Positions 49,140 to 63,380 are shown, counted from the first letter of the stretch. The stretch is DNA of 64,000 nt from Hypanus sabinus (GCF_030144855.1 NC_082713.1:61070001-61134000), one strand, 5' to 3'. The notes: a model not told the origin generated them from the letters alone. Program-made: numbers and translations.

Positions 49140-50985
49140 AGTCAAGTCAAGTCACTTTTATTGTCATTTCAACCATAACTGCTGGTACAGTAGATAGTGA
49201 AAATGAGACAATGTTTTTCAGGACCATGGTGTTACATGACACATTACAAAAACTAGACTGAACTACGTAAAAAAAAACTACACAGAGAAAGCTACACTAG
49301 ACTACAGGCCTACACAGGACTACATAAAGTGCACAAAAACAGTGCAGGAATTACAATAAATAATAAACAGGACAATAGGGCAAGGTGTCAGTCCAGGCTT
49401 CAGGTATTGAAGAGTCTGATAGCTTCTGGGCTTACATAGTCTGGCCGTGAGAGCCCGAATGCTTCGGAGCCTTTTCCCAGATGGCAGGAGGGAGAAGAGA
49501 TTGTATGAGGGGTGCATGGGGTCCTTCATAATGCTGTTTCCTTTGTGGATGCAGCGTGTGGTGTAAATGTCTGTGATGGCGAGAAGAGAGACCCCGATGA
49601 TCTTCTCAGCTGACCTCACTTTCCGCTGCAGGGCCTTGCGATTCGAGATGGTGCAATTTCCAAACCAGGCAGTGATGCAGCTGCTCAAGATGTTCTCAAT
49701 ACAACACCTGTAGAATGTGATGAGGATGGGGAGTGGGAGATGGACTTTCCTCAGCCTTCGCAGAAAGTAGAGACGCTGCTGGGCTTCCTTTGCTATGGAG
49801 CTGGTGTTGAGGGACCAGTTGAGATTCTCCGTCAGACAAACACCAAGAAATTTGGTGCTCTTTACGATCTCTACCGAGGAGCCACCAATGTTCAGCGGGG
49901 AGTGATCGCTCTGTGCCCTCCTGAAGTCAATAACCATCTCTTTTGTTTTGTTCACATTAAGAGACAGGTTGTTGGCTCTGCACCAGTCCTTTAGCTGCTG
50001 CACCTCCTCTCTGTAAGCTGACTCATTGTTCTTGCTGATGAGACCCACCACAGTCCTGTCATCGGCGGACTTGATGGTGTGGTTTGAGCTGTGTGTTGCA
50101 GCACAGTCGTGTGTCAGCAGACTGAACAGCAGTGGACTAAGCACGCAACCCTGGGGAGCCCCTATGCTCAGTGTGATGGTGTTGGAGATGCTGCTCCTGA
50201 TCCGGAATGACTGATCTCCCAGTCAGGAAGTCTAGAATCCAGTTGCAGAGGGAGGTGTTCAGGCCCAGTAGGCTCAGCTTTCCAATCAGTTTCTGAGGGA
50301 TGAAACTGTGTTTGAGTGTTGAATGCTGAACTGAGGTCTATGAACAGCATCCAAATGTATGTGTCTTTTTTGTCCAGGTGGAGGGTGGTGGCAATAGTGT
50401 CATCTGTTGAGTGGTTGGGATGGTACACAAACTGCAGGGGGTCCAGTGAGGTGGGCAGCAGGGTCTTGATATGCCTCATGAAGAGCCTCTCAAAACACTT
50501 CATGATGATGGATGTAAGTGCACCGGAATCATAGTCATTTAGGCAGGACACCAAAGACTTCTTCGGCACGGGGACAATGGTAGCGGCCTTGAAGCACGTT
50601 GGAACGGTGGTGCAGCTCAGGGAGATGTTGAAGATGTCAGTGAGAACATCTGCTAGCTGGTCTGCACATCCTCTGAGCACTCTACCAGGGATGTTGTCTG
50701 GTCCAGCAGCCTTCCGTGGGTTGACCCTGCACAGGGTCCTTCTCATGTCGGCCACAGTGAGACACAGCACCTGGTCATTCGTAGGAGGGGTGGACTTCAT
50801 CGCCTGCACAGTCAGGTGATGTTGTCTTGTAATTGGCGATGCCCTGGATGCCCTTCCACATGCACCTTGGTGTCGCCGCTGTCCTGGAAGTGGCTGTGGA
50901 TTAGCTGGGTGTGTGCACGCTTTGCCCCTCTGATGGCTCGGAACAGTTTGACCCTTGCTGTTGTTAGAGCTGCCGCTGTGTTCAA
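49140..50985 (-). mobile_element. Rex1/Babar-type LINE RT region, relatively young
   Basis: ORFs 50168-50809 ([19 protein letters not shown]) and 49320-50144 ([28 protein letters not shown]). (GTCAA)n tail at 49141-49154. Confidence 0.93.
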
Positions 50986-53769
50986 GTATGCCACCATCTT
51001 ACCAGAAGGTGTCGGCTACAGAGCTCATAATCCACTGAAAGTTCACAAATAATTGCTAAAGAAATATTCTAAAGCACCCTTGGCTTGGATCCTGCATTCT
51101 ATCGTATAGATGCATTATGCATCGGTATTGCCCAATATTCCATGTGGCAGCAGACTTAAAGATCCACAGGTTAATTTACACTGGGCCTAACTTGCAAAGG
51201 GCATTTGGGGAGTTGGAGGGTCTTGTTACTACTGAATGATTGACTTGGAAAAATTGCTATACTGTGAATAAGTCATACAAAATCAATCACCGTTTCTACC
51301 AATAAATACTGAAGATAACCAAACTGCTTTTCTCAAATCCTGTCAACCTGTAACTTTCTTTAAAGTGCTTTAAAGAAAATAAAGCTAAACAATCAGAAAT
51401 AACTTGTAGGGGCTGGAAAACAGTTAAAAATGCACAAATATCAGGTCAAATGTACAGCTTCAAATGTATTACATCATGAAGGAGTTGAAAACACCAGATT
51501 CAGTTTAAATACTCCTGCTGAAGAAACAAATGTCAGTACAGAGAGAAAAAAAAATGCAGACTGCTTTACCCAAAGGTATAAAATTGTATTGCTTGGAAAA
51601 TGTTTGATTCATAAAATGCTTTATTTCCACAGAGTTTGTACAATTTGTCTCATCGTTCACTATATCCACTGTATTTAAGCTCTATTATACTACCAATCTA
51701 ATATAGAGTGGCAAGCATATAGTATCAAATTGGATTTGTAACTCTCAGATTCTGTTCCTCATAAATGATTGCCTCTGCTATGTTTATTGCTAGATTTAAA
51801 AAAATTTAAATTATTGTATTCATCTTGCGTGAGGGCAATGTAACAAAGTCAATGTAATGTGGATCAATTTTAGTCAATTTGGCTGCTACAAGTTTCAGTA
51901 TTACTCCTTGGGACTGAGCATTCAAGTTTAAAAAATCTATTTTGCTGAGTGAGGCAAGCTTTATTCACTAAATACGAAAACAAGTAATAAGTAATTGAAA
52001 TAAGGCATTGTATATTAAACAATTAATATAATTAAGATTATCTTACACACTTCAAAAGTTCCATGAATTTCTTGGAAAAGTTCAATAAAAAATAATAAAA
52101 TTATTAAACAAGAGGACCTATTCAGTATTATGGTCACAAATAGTGATATAGAGATAACCGGTAAATGTAGCATTAAAGTAGCTACAAAGGAAGTGCCATT
52201 TGATTGATTAATTGAAAACTTGATGTTTAAGAAGTGAGAAAGACAAACATGACAAATTAAGGTCATTTACCCAAATAAAAATTTAATATAATAATGCATA
52301 GTGTACAAAACAGTACATTTGATTTGGTTTAAGCTGCATACAAAAATCATAGTGGAAGCTCACTATCATCTTCAGCAACCATCCACTGTTAACTTTTCAG
52401 CCTCTTTACGAAGGAGAAGTGCACTGCTTCTCCTTGAGAAACACTTTCTTTTCAGTTTTCCCTCAATGTATGTGTTGACTGGTGTGTGACTTACTGTTCT
52501 TCCCTCAGGCTGTGGATCGTGTTAAAGAGTAGCAGGTCATCATCAGAGAATATACTGATTTATGTAAGAACCAGCACTGAACCAACTTCTAAATGTAATT
52601 TAGAAGCAGTAATTGAATTTCAAATTACAGTTGTATAAACACACGCTGCTTTCTGTTGAAAAGGCAGGCTGCAGGCTCACAATTGGAAGCTACTTACGAA
52701 ATATACTTTGGAAATTGACAAAAAAAAATGCTAGATTAAGACCATGAGACATTTTCCATGACCAAATGTAAAAGTTTTTACTTAAGAAGACAGAACTTAT
52801 AATTCAGCTTATTAAAACTTCAAGCCATGGGAAGCTTGACATGCATTGATAAATGGGGATAAAAGAACTGGAGATAAAAAGTGAGACATTGATTTAAAAA
52901 TTTGCACCATTGAAACCACAGAGGAGTATAAAAGATGTAAAGGGACCTCTGTGGAATGAAATATTGGAAGATTCCAGACTAGGTGTTTTCTCGCCTGGAA
53001 CATCAAATACGGTAATTGTCATACTTACTTTGCCAAACAAAATCTGGAGCTTCTGTGTATATAACGAGACACCCCTCAAAATGATATGGTTAAAAAAAAA
53101 GATTGTTTTTCATGTCTGGGTATTGTCTCCAGAAGCACTTAGAATATTGATATGAACCATCTTCTCATCCATTACAAGTGCTTCATTTTTTGGTATTATT
53201 TATATTTAGTAAAACTCCAACAGTCTTCCATCCCATGGTTCAGAAATCCTGATGGTCTAACACCTGACCCACTGAACAGCCCGGACTATGAACCAAAGAT
53301 TCAGAGGTCAAGTGGGATGTGTATCTAGAAGGAGGATTGGAGCCTGAATACTACAAATCAGGAAAGTGAGTGGGTGTCTGTCTGGAGCTTGAGCACCGGA
53401 GTGCAGCTGGGTTAAGGCTCCACACCATGGGTCATGAGCCAAAATCAGTGTTGGAGCCCTCAATGCTGTAGATGTATCTCTGCCACTTAATTTACAGCTC
53501 GAGACATGTCTGTTACGTCAAATATATGCTGACTGTTTCTATATCTAGGGAGGTATTCCTCAACATTGTAACAAGCACCATTGTGTTTTGTGCTCAGAAT
53601 ACCTCAGACCAGTGCCCAGTATCTGAATATTGGAAGAGGTTCTGCCAGCTAAGATGTACTCTATTGGTAAATATGTATTTCTGCAAAATTATCTGTCCAT
53701 TCTCAGAATATTAACCATAAGTAGCTAACACTAAAAGGCTTTAAAAAGTATAAATCATCATTCCAGAAG

Positions 53770-55150
53770 AACACCTGTGATGAATAAATGATCCACCAGG
53801 CCTTACCTGTGCCATATTCAATGGGAGAATCTCTAGCAGCTGAGTACCATGCAGGGAAATAATTGCCCATTTGCAGTACAGAGGAGTGAACATTAGTATA
53901 ATTAACTTAGACCAAGAGAAGGCATTTGACAGAATACTAATGACAGCATTGCTCTCTGAGATCTATTTCTTTTAAATTATTTAACGATTCAGTGTTCAAC
54001 AGCTCTTCCAGCCCAATGAGCTGTGCCACCCAGCAACGCACCTACTTAACACCAGCCTAATCACAAGACAATTTACAATAAACGATTAACCTACTAACAT
54101 GTACATCTTTGAACTGTGGGTGGAAATCAGAGCTCCTGGAGAAGATCCACATGGTCATGGAGAGAACATGCATATTCCTTACTGACACAATTGGATTTGA
54201 ACTCCAATGCAGTTCAAACCCAATGCAGTTAGACCATTGCATTATCTGCTATGCTTCCAAAAGGGGATGTCGGGCCAGGATTTGTGACGGGATACAACTA
54301 TTCTAAGTAGACATGAGTAGCACTATCCAAAATAACAGACAGGATTCTCAAATTTCCCCGATTCAATATGGAGTAAGACAGCTGCCTTCTTTCCTCTGAC
54401 TTCTCTCTGTGCCCCTTACCAAATTCTTCGGAAAGAACATCAGCATAAGAGAGATGAATATCCACAGCAGTGGTTCACTCAGGTCAAAGCCTCCCTTGCA
54501 CATGGACAACATTTCCATCTATAGCCTGGACCCACTGTCAGTCTGCAGATTGATGAATACTTGTGACTAGGTTAGAACAACTCCAAAGATTAGAGTCAGC
54601 TGCCGTAATAGTAAGGCCAGGTTCTTTGGCAATGGGATAAACCAAACATTGCTTCCATTCTCTCTGCACTCTGATCTTCTCTATGCATGTTCTGTGATTA
54701 CTATTTCGAGGAAATGTGGGCTTCAACAGGAAATACATTGAGCATATGACCAAGGTGAAACAGTCTTTCCTCTTAAACAGGAAAGAATGTGGCCATCAGG
54801 AGCTGAGGGGCACCTGAGTGTTTAAAGGTGCACCTATATCTGTTCTTGCAATAGCAGTCAATTGCATCCTCTCCCATTTCATCTGAAGCTTCAAAATAAA
54901 TTGTATCCACTGGACATGATGTGCAATTCTCCAAAAAAAGGATGGGGAAATGTAGCCAACATGACTGTCACACCATGCAAACTCCAAAGTGTGAATAGAC
55001 ACTGGCTGCACAAGCATCAGTTGTCACTTATGCTGAGTTTCTACCTACCCTCAGTGTTGCAAAGAATGAGCTCGACCACATTGGCATTTCTTTGAATTGG
55101 ACCATCTTGCACAACTTCCCACTTCAGGCAGTGTTTTCAGACATACGAAA
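53770..55150 (+). mobile_element. Highly decayed Tx1/L1-clade LINE RT remnant, interrupted by a SINE
   Basis: LDQEKAFDRI at ~53908-53937; GVRQ and QVKASL-like remnants at 54370-54510. Confidence 0.6.
54005..54250 (-). mobile_element. V-SINE remnant
   Basis: acaatttacaat..attaacctactaac..tctttgaactgtgggtggaaatcagagc is the reverse complement of the V-domain-like sequence. Confidence 0.65.
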
Positions 55151-56315
55151 ATCAGACTTAGGGGACACATGAAACTGATGATCATGAATCTGAGGCAACA
55201 ATAAGGCACTGGAAAATCTCAGGGGGTCATGCAACATTTATGGAGGGAAATGGACAGTCGATGTTTCTGGTTGAAACCCTTTATCTGGTCTCAAGATGAA
55301 GTCAAAATGCTGCATGGAACCCTGGGTTCTTCCAACAGTTTACCTTCGCAGAATGTCCTTGAGGTCCCAGAGGATAAGGAGCTGGTGGAACTTGTCAGCT
55401 GGTTTTCTGAGAAATAATGATACACTTGGTAGAATGAATGATGACGGGTATTTTTGGAAACAAAAACAGCCAGTGTAAACCACTGCTGACCCAATTTTGA
55501 GAACGGCTATTACCAGTTGAAGCTTGCTGCTCATTATAATTCAGAAAGGCTTCTAAACTATTTGTTAATCAGTGAACAGAGGCAGCTGTCAAGATAATAG
55601 AATTTTTGCATTCTCCTCTATCACTGTGATAACAACAGTTCTGAATTTCCCTAGAAGGTCATCACACATCTGCCATCATCACAGACCCTGGCAGTTCCTG
55701 TGGTAAAGGTGTCCCTAGAGTGAAGGGAATTCAAGGACTTTGATGTAGCAACAATGAATGAACAATCATGTGTTACCAATTCAGGGTGGAGAGAAAACTC
55801 ACTGGTGAAGTCTCTAGGATACAGTTTGTGTGTCAAAAAATGACTGAATGACTTTTCTTCTTTGGCTTCTGTGAATGCATCTTCAAAATTCCATCTTCCT
55901 GAACTACACCAATAACATCATGCACTGCGTAATGTTACACACTCTTGTCACTAACATCTCCAGTTTGGGTGTTGCCAGCTGTTCAAACATGGAAGGCACA
56001 GTGCCCACTAAACCAGAAAGTGCAGATCTGAACATACCCTTGGAAAGAGAAACGACTCACATTTTGCATCAATGACCTTTCATTAGTACCGGGAAAAGTA
56101 AGAAATAAGTTTTGAGTGCAGCAAAATGGGTGAGGAGTGGAGAAAACAAAAGGGAAGGTTAGTAACTGGGTAGAGAACAGATTGCGAGAGTATTGTGAAC
56201 ATATGCTTATAAGGGGTATAAATGGGAAGAGACAAGTGAAAACTGAATTACCAGAAGAGGAGAGGAAAAATAACTGAAAGGGAAGCCTGAAATATGAGAT
56301 TAGAAAAATGTGCAA

Positions 56316-57315
56316 TGCACACAAGATGCTGGACGAACTCAGTAGGCCAGGCAGCATCTATGGAAAAGAGGGCTCAGTCGACGTTTCAGGCTGAGTTGTT
56401 TCAGGACTGGAAACGAAGGGGAGAAGTCAGAGTAAGAAGTTGGGGTGGTGGGGAAGGAAGAAGTACAAGGTGACAGGTAATAGGTGAAACTGGGAAAGGG
56501 GGAGGGGATGAAGTAAAGAGCTGGGAAGTTGATTGGTGAAAGGGATAAATGGCAGGAGGAGGGGGAATTTGATAGGAGAAAGTAGAAGACCATGAAAGAA
56601 AGGGAAGGGAGATGAGAACCAGAGGGAGGCCATGGGCAGGTAAGGTGATAACTGGCGATAGGGAAACAGGAATGGGGAATAGTAAAGGGGGGAGGTCAGT
56701 TATCAGAAGTTCAAGAAATTGACGTTCATGCCACTAGGTTGGAGACTTCCCAGAAAGAATATAAGGTGCTGATCCTCCAGTCTGAATGTGGCTTCATCAC
56801 TTCGGTAGAGAAGGCCACGGACTGACGTGTAGGAATGGTAATGGGTGGCTACAGGGAGATACCGCTTTTTCTGTTGGACCATGTGTAAGTACTCGGAGAA
56901 GCAGTCTCCCAATCTATGTCGGACCACTTCCTTTCCTCACCATTCCTGTTTCCCTCTCTCATCTTATTCCCTTACTTGCCATCACCTTCCTCTGGTGCTC
57001 CTCTCCCTTCCCTTTCTTCCATGGTCCTCTACCCTCCCCCTCCTCCAGCCATTTAACCCTTTCACCTCCCAGCTCTTTACTTTGCTCCGTTCTCCTCTCC
57101 CGCTTTCTTCGATCACCTGCTACCATGTACTTCTTCCTCCCCTACCACCTCCTTCTTACTCTGACTTCTCCCCTTCCTGTTCAGTCCTGAAGAAGGGTCT
57201 TGTCCTGAAACATCAACAGTTTACTCCTTTCCATAGATGCTGCCTGGTCTGCTGAGTTCCTCAACAGTTTGTGTGTGTGTGTGGCTTTGGATCTCCAGCA
57301 TCTGCAATTTTTTTT
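56316..57315. mobile_element. Penelope-like element with inverted pseudo-LTR (minus copy 56316-56925, plus copy 56926-57315)
   Basis: ORF 56703-56927 RLGDCFSEYL..PVATHY..EDQHLIFFLGSLQPSGMN is a GIY-YIG C-terminus. The ~370-bp purine-rich and pyrimidine-rich arms are reverse complements. Confidence 0.85.
57182..57219 (+). ncRNA. Minimal hammerhead ribozyme motif (degenerate)
   Basis: cagtc-CTGAAGA-agggtcttgtcct-GAAA-cATC-aacag. CUGANGA and GAAA cores are present. Confidence 0.55.
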
Positions 57316-59264
57316 TCTGTTCTAGGATGAGAATGGTCTAGAAACTTACATTTTCTTTTCTTTCACATGCACTTCAAAGGAAATTGTCCAGTTCCTCTTT
57401 TGGATATTTTCCTAATATGGGAAATGGGATTAGTACAGAAGGTTGAAAAGGCCACATGGTGAGCCAGACAGTTTGCTTCTGGACAGTATGACTCCAATGC
57501 ACCATCCTTTAGTAACGTTAGTTTTCAAAACAGGAAATGTAATGATGCTAACAGTATTCCAGCATTTAGAAATGTGTCTGTGTTATGTTTCCAGTGTTAA
57601 AATTATGTTAGCAATTTTCCTAATATTATTTTCAAACTCTAAAAAGTATGAGATTTATTTACATAAGAAGCATTGGGCATAGGGGGTCAAGCTTACTGCA
57701 TTTGTACTATCTTTCCTCGCTCTCAAACCTCAGGAGGTAACCCTTAAAGGGTCATACTGCAATACAGCACTCTTCCATTGGGGAGTATTGACAAGGGAGG
57801 AATATATGTTGCAGCAATGAGAAGAATAGCAAGGACCTGAGGGAGTTCAGGGGTAGAGAAACATATACAAGCTTTGAAGAAATCCACGCAGCAACTTGTC
57901 TGCCAGGAAGTAGTCAGAGAGGTATTAATAACAGCAAAAATATCTTTTTTTGAATGCCAGCACATTTGGGACCTCTGCAGCCCACTCTTTGAGGTGTAAA
58001 TGCAAAAGATGCATTCATCAAAACCTGGAGTTACTCCAGTTTGCCTGAGAGCTCTTCTTGACTTCTGCAATGCAGCAGTGTGCACTAGAGTATTATTCAT
58101 GATGTATCTCAGCAGAGGCGTTTTGCAAGGAAGGTGTCGGAGAATGATGATAACTCTGACTTCCATCCAGTTGAGTGCAGCCTCTTGTATTCATTTGACA
58201 GATAAATTCATGGATTGATGCGATGAATTATACAATAAATTAGCCCAAATTGTGGTAAAGTAAAACCAGAATTCAATAACGGGAAACATTCAAAGAAGAA
58301 TTTAGCTTAACATGAAATCAGCATTCATCCTTTTGCAGAATGAATTCTTATGAAATAAAGCAGCTGCATGTAACAAAATGTGTTGGCAGAAAACTAATGA
58401 CAAAGCATAAAGCAAACCCAGTGGATATAAAGAAACGATAAGCAGGACAAACTAGATTTTTAAAAAAGGTTATAAAAAGGGAATATAAGGAAGGTACATG
58501 CAAGGGATGCTTGCCTGGAAATTCATCAAAGGCCGTTAATACTAAACACTCCATACAACACTGTCAGCATATTGTACATTGCCTCCAAAATTCATTTCAT
58601 TGACTTCAATGGAACTGATTTTCAAATGCACAGTACAAACTGATGGTATTACATAATATGGTTAGCACCACTTGGAATCACAGAAACTACAGCACAAAAT
58701 CATGCCCTTCAGTCTTGTCTGTCTACATTGTCATTCCTGTCAATTCTCCCCATATTCTACCATTCCCCGAAGACAATTTACAGTGGCCAAATTTCATGCC
58801 TTTTGGATGTAGGATGAAGAAATCCATATAGTCACAGGAAGAATGTGAAAAATCCATGGAGACAATATGTTGGGTTAGATTAAACCCAGGTCTCTAGTGT
58901 TGTGACACAGTGAATCCATTAGCTGCATCACTTCTGAAATCTGGGCATTCAAGATTAAAGCAAAGGATCCATAATTGTATTCAAGTATGAAAAGTCATTC
59001 TGAATATTGTAGGCCCTTTAAAATTGATGGATTATTATTCCAAATGAAAATATGGAAATGAAAACTGTAATGATTGAAAATCAATACAATAAAATCATAT
59101 AATGAAAATCGGAAACAAAGATTTTGAAAATCCTCAGGCATTCAGACAGCATTGTAGAAAAAGAAATGCAGAGTAGAATTATCCAGATGACAAAAAATGT
59201 TGTTAGTGGCAATTAAGAGAGGGTGGTGAATACTTACTAATCACAACAGATCTGTCTAGAGAAG

Positions 59265-59478
59265 TGTGGTGAACTACATATACCTGTCTGGACACACCCT
59301 CCTGCTGACTGCTCCTGTGGCTCCTCCCACAGACCACGATTTAAAGGCGATTGAGGCCTGAGCCCGGCCCTCAGTCTCCAGGATGTAGTATGGTGGTCAA
59401 TTACTGCTTGTTCTTTCTTCCAGTCAATAAAAGCCAATATCTTGCCTCACGTCTCGGAGAGTTATTGATGGCGCATCA
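59265..59478 (+). mobile_element. Solo LTR (214 bp) with 5-bp TSD
   Basis: TGTGGTG...CGCATCA termini, exact TSD AGAAG (59260-59264, 59479-59483), TTTAAAGG ~59340 and AATAAA 59426-59431. Confidence 0.8.
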
Positions 59479-60299
59479 AGAAGTAAGGGGATAAGAAGTA
59501 AGCAGAGATAAAAAAAGAAAATTGGTGTAAGTGGAAGGTGTAGAAAGCAACAGCTGCTGAAAACCTGAAATAAATGTGAATTCTGGACATACCCAATATA
59601 TATCAGATAGCATCTGGAAAGAAAAAAATGGAATTATACAGGCTAATGTTCTAAAATCAGAAGAGAGCAGATCAAACACAAGCTGCTAGAAATTTATCTG
59701 AATTTATTGAATTCAGTCTGGCATCCCAAAGGCTGTAAGTGCTGAGAAGGAGGGTAAAATGCTGTGCCTTGAACATACTGTAGGCTTCATTGGAACAGTG
59801 AGGGACGTCAAAAACAAAGGGGAAGAGGAACGGAGAATTAAAGTGATGTCCAAACTTAGAATCACTTCTGCAGACTGAATGATGATGACCCAATTTGTGC
59901 TTTGTTTCTTTAACACAGAACCCATTAATTCTTAGGGTACCTACAGTATTCATGTCACCTGTACAATCTTGGTATCCAGTTTACCACAGATTATCAATTT
60001 TCTCTCTACCCTACTCCCCTCCGCCCCTCCCACCACAACATAAAATGCACCTGTTTTCTCACTCTACTTGTACTGATGATGAGTTATGAATGTGTAAGTT
60101 TATCTTTTTTATGGATATAGTTTGGCATTTTTTGTTTTAATTCTTATTTAACAATTATGTTTTGTCCAATTACATAACAAGGAAGAGGATATTCCATTAA
60201 AAAAAAGTGTTACTAAATCAATCAGAAGTCACAGGATTGACTAAACAAGAGAACAGCTTTCAGAAGCGAAATAACAAAAATAAAAGACAAAGTCTAGGA

Positions 60300-60660
60300 A
60301 TTGATATTTTCAACTACATGGTTTGAAAGAAATTTGGTGAGGTTATTAAAAATACTTTAGCCATACTCTTCTGAATTTCCTTCAGTTTAGGAGGTGACCT
60401 TTTAAATTGACGAATTGGAAATGTAATTCCATTATTTAAGGAAAGTGACAGAGAGAAACCAGGAAATCATAGACCTATTAGTGTAACATGGTGAAGTTAT
60501 AGGAACCTGTAATTAAAGACAGAATTACTGAGCATTTAGAGAAATTTGAGCTGATTAAAGATAGCCAACATAGATCTGAATTGAGAAGGTCATGTCTAAT
60601 GAACCTAATTGAATGTATGAGGAAGCAGTTAAAGTAGTAAGCAAAAGGTTGAGATAGCAT
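60300..60660 (+). mobile_element. Old CR1 RT fragment
   Basis: NVIPLFKE..REKPGNHRPIS and SCLMNLIE motifs. Confidence 0.6.
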
Positions 60661-62300
60661 GCTTGAACAAAAGACATAGCAGTAATGTTCCTCCAGAGTG
60701 AATTTAATAAACTTTAACTTTACTAAAATTTAAACTCATCAATTTGTTCTGCAAAAATCTGTAACAATTACAACTACAATAAAGAAACATCTATCCAAGA
60801 TAACCAGTGACAAAGACTGGTGGTAAAGTATCATATATGATAACATAAAATTATATATCAGGTTTTAACTCACATTGATTAAATGGATGATCTAACTCAT
60901 GTCAGCTGGATCTTAAAACAGATAACAGAGATCATCTAAGTTTGAAAAAATAAAAAATACACGAGATCTCATTTTTTTTAAGGTGAAAAGCAAGGAAAAG
61001 GGAGTAAGGTGATTTCTATGTACACAGAAAACTAAAATGTACAGATTTTAAAGAAATCATAAGGACTAAATTGATGCTCTTCTTGAAAAATAACGAGCTA
61101 GAATTTAAAATTAGAAATAAATATAGAATTTTAACTAAAGCAAATTTAACTGAAGGTATACAAACCTGGGGCCTTGTTTATGATCGGCTGCAACCATACA
61201 GAACTCTGAAGCATTCTGCATGATTAGCTGAAGCTATGCAAAGGCCTGGAACCGTATTTTAAGATGTACCTGCTTATTAAGCAGTCCCTCAGGATAAAAC
61301 AATTTACTTCCAATCCAATTCTGTGCATTCAGAGGTGGTTGATAATATCAATACTGGACCAGCAAACCTTACTTTCTTAGAATAGAGGTAAAAGGAGACA
61401 AAGTTCCTGCAAGCAACCAAATTTAAGAAGGATTCTTCACAGAGCTCTGCAAAGTTTTGTATCACTGTATAGTTAGATTCAGACACAAACCCTAAAACTG
61501 CAGTCTAGGGAAGGTATATTTAGTTTGGAAGAATTGTAACATTAATTCACTAAATTGTTACTTGTACTGAAAAATAAGACAGATTTTTAGACTTAAAAAT
61601 TATCAAGGGGTACAGAAAGACCACGAAATTAAGCCATGATTATGTCCAATGGCAGATTCGGCTCAAGATCTTGAAAAAACCTTTGTTTTTATTTATGGAA
61701 TGAGGTTATTGAACTGAATAGGTTACCAAGCTGAGGGCAGTTAAACCACATTACTGTGTCTCCATGGTCAAAGCCAGATTGGATTGGGCAAGGGCATCAG
61801 TGTTCCCTCCCTGAGGGAATTAGTTAATGAGATAGCTTGTTTTGGTGGTTAAATGCCAACTATTGCAAATGCATACTAAGAAATTAGACTGAGTAACATT
61901 ACCGTATTGTGAACCATGTGAGCTAATTTCGATGTAACATAATCACAAAATTGTCATTCCAAATTAGATAATGAAGATAGATTAAATTAACTAGGTTTGT
62001 ATTTCCAGGAATTTAGTAGGTTATGAGTATATTTGCTTTTTATCTTTTTATTTGGAATAGATGAGGAACTTTTTTTTACCAAAAATGTGGGTAAGGATCC
62101 AATTCAAGGATTGTGAAATCAGAACCAGATCTTTATTTTTTTGGAAGGCCATCTTCAGGCAGAGAATAGTAGATGTTGGGAAAGTCACTCACTATTCCAT
62201 AAGGTCATGATTGATTTGATGAAAGTCTCATCTTCTCATTCCTGCCTACCACAATAACCTTTTCCTGAGCTATTATTTATCTACCTTATCTTGAAAACTA

Positions 62301-62735
62301 CAATGGATTCCAGATAATTGGGCCATCAGTTAATCAATGCAACCACTCATTTGGGACAACTCCTAAAAAAAACAAAGACTAAAAGAGAGAATAGCTCCTT
62401 AATTTATTTAGGACACTATGCCATTTAACTGGGCTGGGAACTGTTGCTAACCAGTGTCAGTTGAGTGCACTTACGTGACTATAAGACACTACATTATGCT
62501 TAGAGCAAACGGTTTTGGAATAGCATCAGTTGTATGTGTTTGTGTTCAAAAAGCTGTAATTTTTGTCACTGATAGATGGCTTGAAATAAGCAGTAAGACA
62601 ATTCAGAACTAATTTGCTTGCTGCCTTTTCAAGCATTCAGGCTTGGAGATGGCAGAAACAGCCAGGAGTGAAAATGAAATGATTTCTCTACTTTCAATAA
62701 GTTAACACAACAAAGAATTTGAAGTTATTGACATT
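62301..62735 (+). mobile_element. Tigger/pogo-like non-autonomous fragment
   Basis: TA|CAATGGATTCC start and a W.EISSKTIQN.F transposase C-terminal-like remnant at ~62575-62620. Right TIR not found. Confidence 0.5.
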
Positions 62736-63149
62736 GATTTATTGATTTGAACAGTCGATTTCCGGCACACAGCCTGATAGCTAAGGTACTTCGTTCTATG
62801 GTAAGTTCCTTTGGATGTTACAAGTTCAAGTTCTAGTTTATTATAATTCAGCTGTAAACCCGTATATTGCCAAATAAAACAATATTCCTCTGGACCAAGG
62901 TGCACAATACAGTACATCTAACCCACACACAACACATCAAGTAAAAATGGCTTCTAAAGTGTATTTCACACTGCAATCACCTTCAAGATGTCAATATGTC
63001 ATTTGATCATTATCTCCCTACTGCTCAGAGGAATGCTGTGTATATTTTTTGAAAGAGAATGGAGCACTACTAATTAAAAGTCTGACATTTTCAATTGATT
63101 GTATTATATTGTTTGCAGACATTATGCAACACCTGGTAGAAGAAATAAA

Positions 63150-63380
63150 AGAGAGGGTTATTTTTTTAACTGGGGAGAAAATTCAAAAATCTGAGGTGCA
63201 AAGGGACTTAAGAGTCCTTGTATAGGATTCCTGAAGGTCAATTTGTAGGTTGAATCTATGGTAAGGATGCAAAATGCAATGTTAGCATTCATTTCAAGAG
63301 GACTAGAATATAAAAGCAAGGATGTAATGTTGAGATTTTATAAAGCTCTGGTGAGACCTCACTTGGAGTGTCGTGAGAAG
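63150..63380 (+). mobile_element. CR1 fragment truncated by a Penelope-like insertion
   Basis: NAMLAFISRGLEYKSKDVMLRFYKALVRPHLE. Confidence 0.8.

Noticed and set aside
56786-57255. Pro/Ser/Leu-rich ORFs of 134-136 aa
   Set aside because: They arise from the stop-poor pyrimidine-rich Penelope 3' UTR.
57744-58166. 140-aa minus-strand ORF as a novel protein
   Set aside because: No recognisable motif, non-ATG start and no clear splice signals. Compatible with chance or decayed repeat; needs a BLAST search to revisit.
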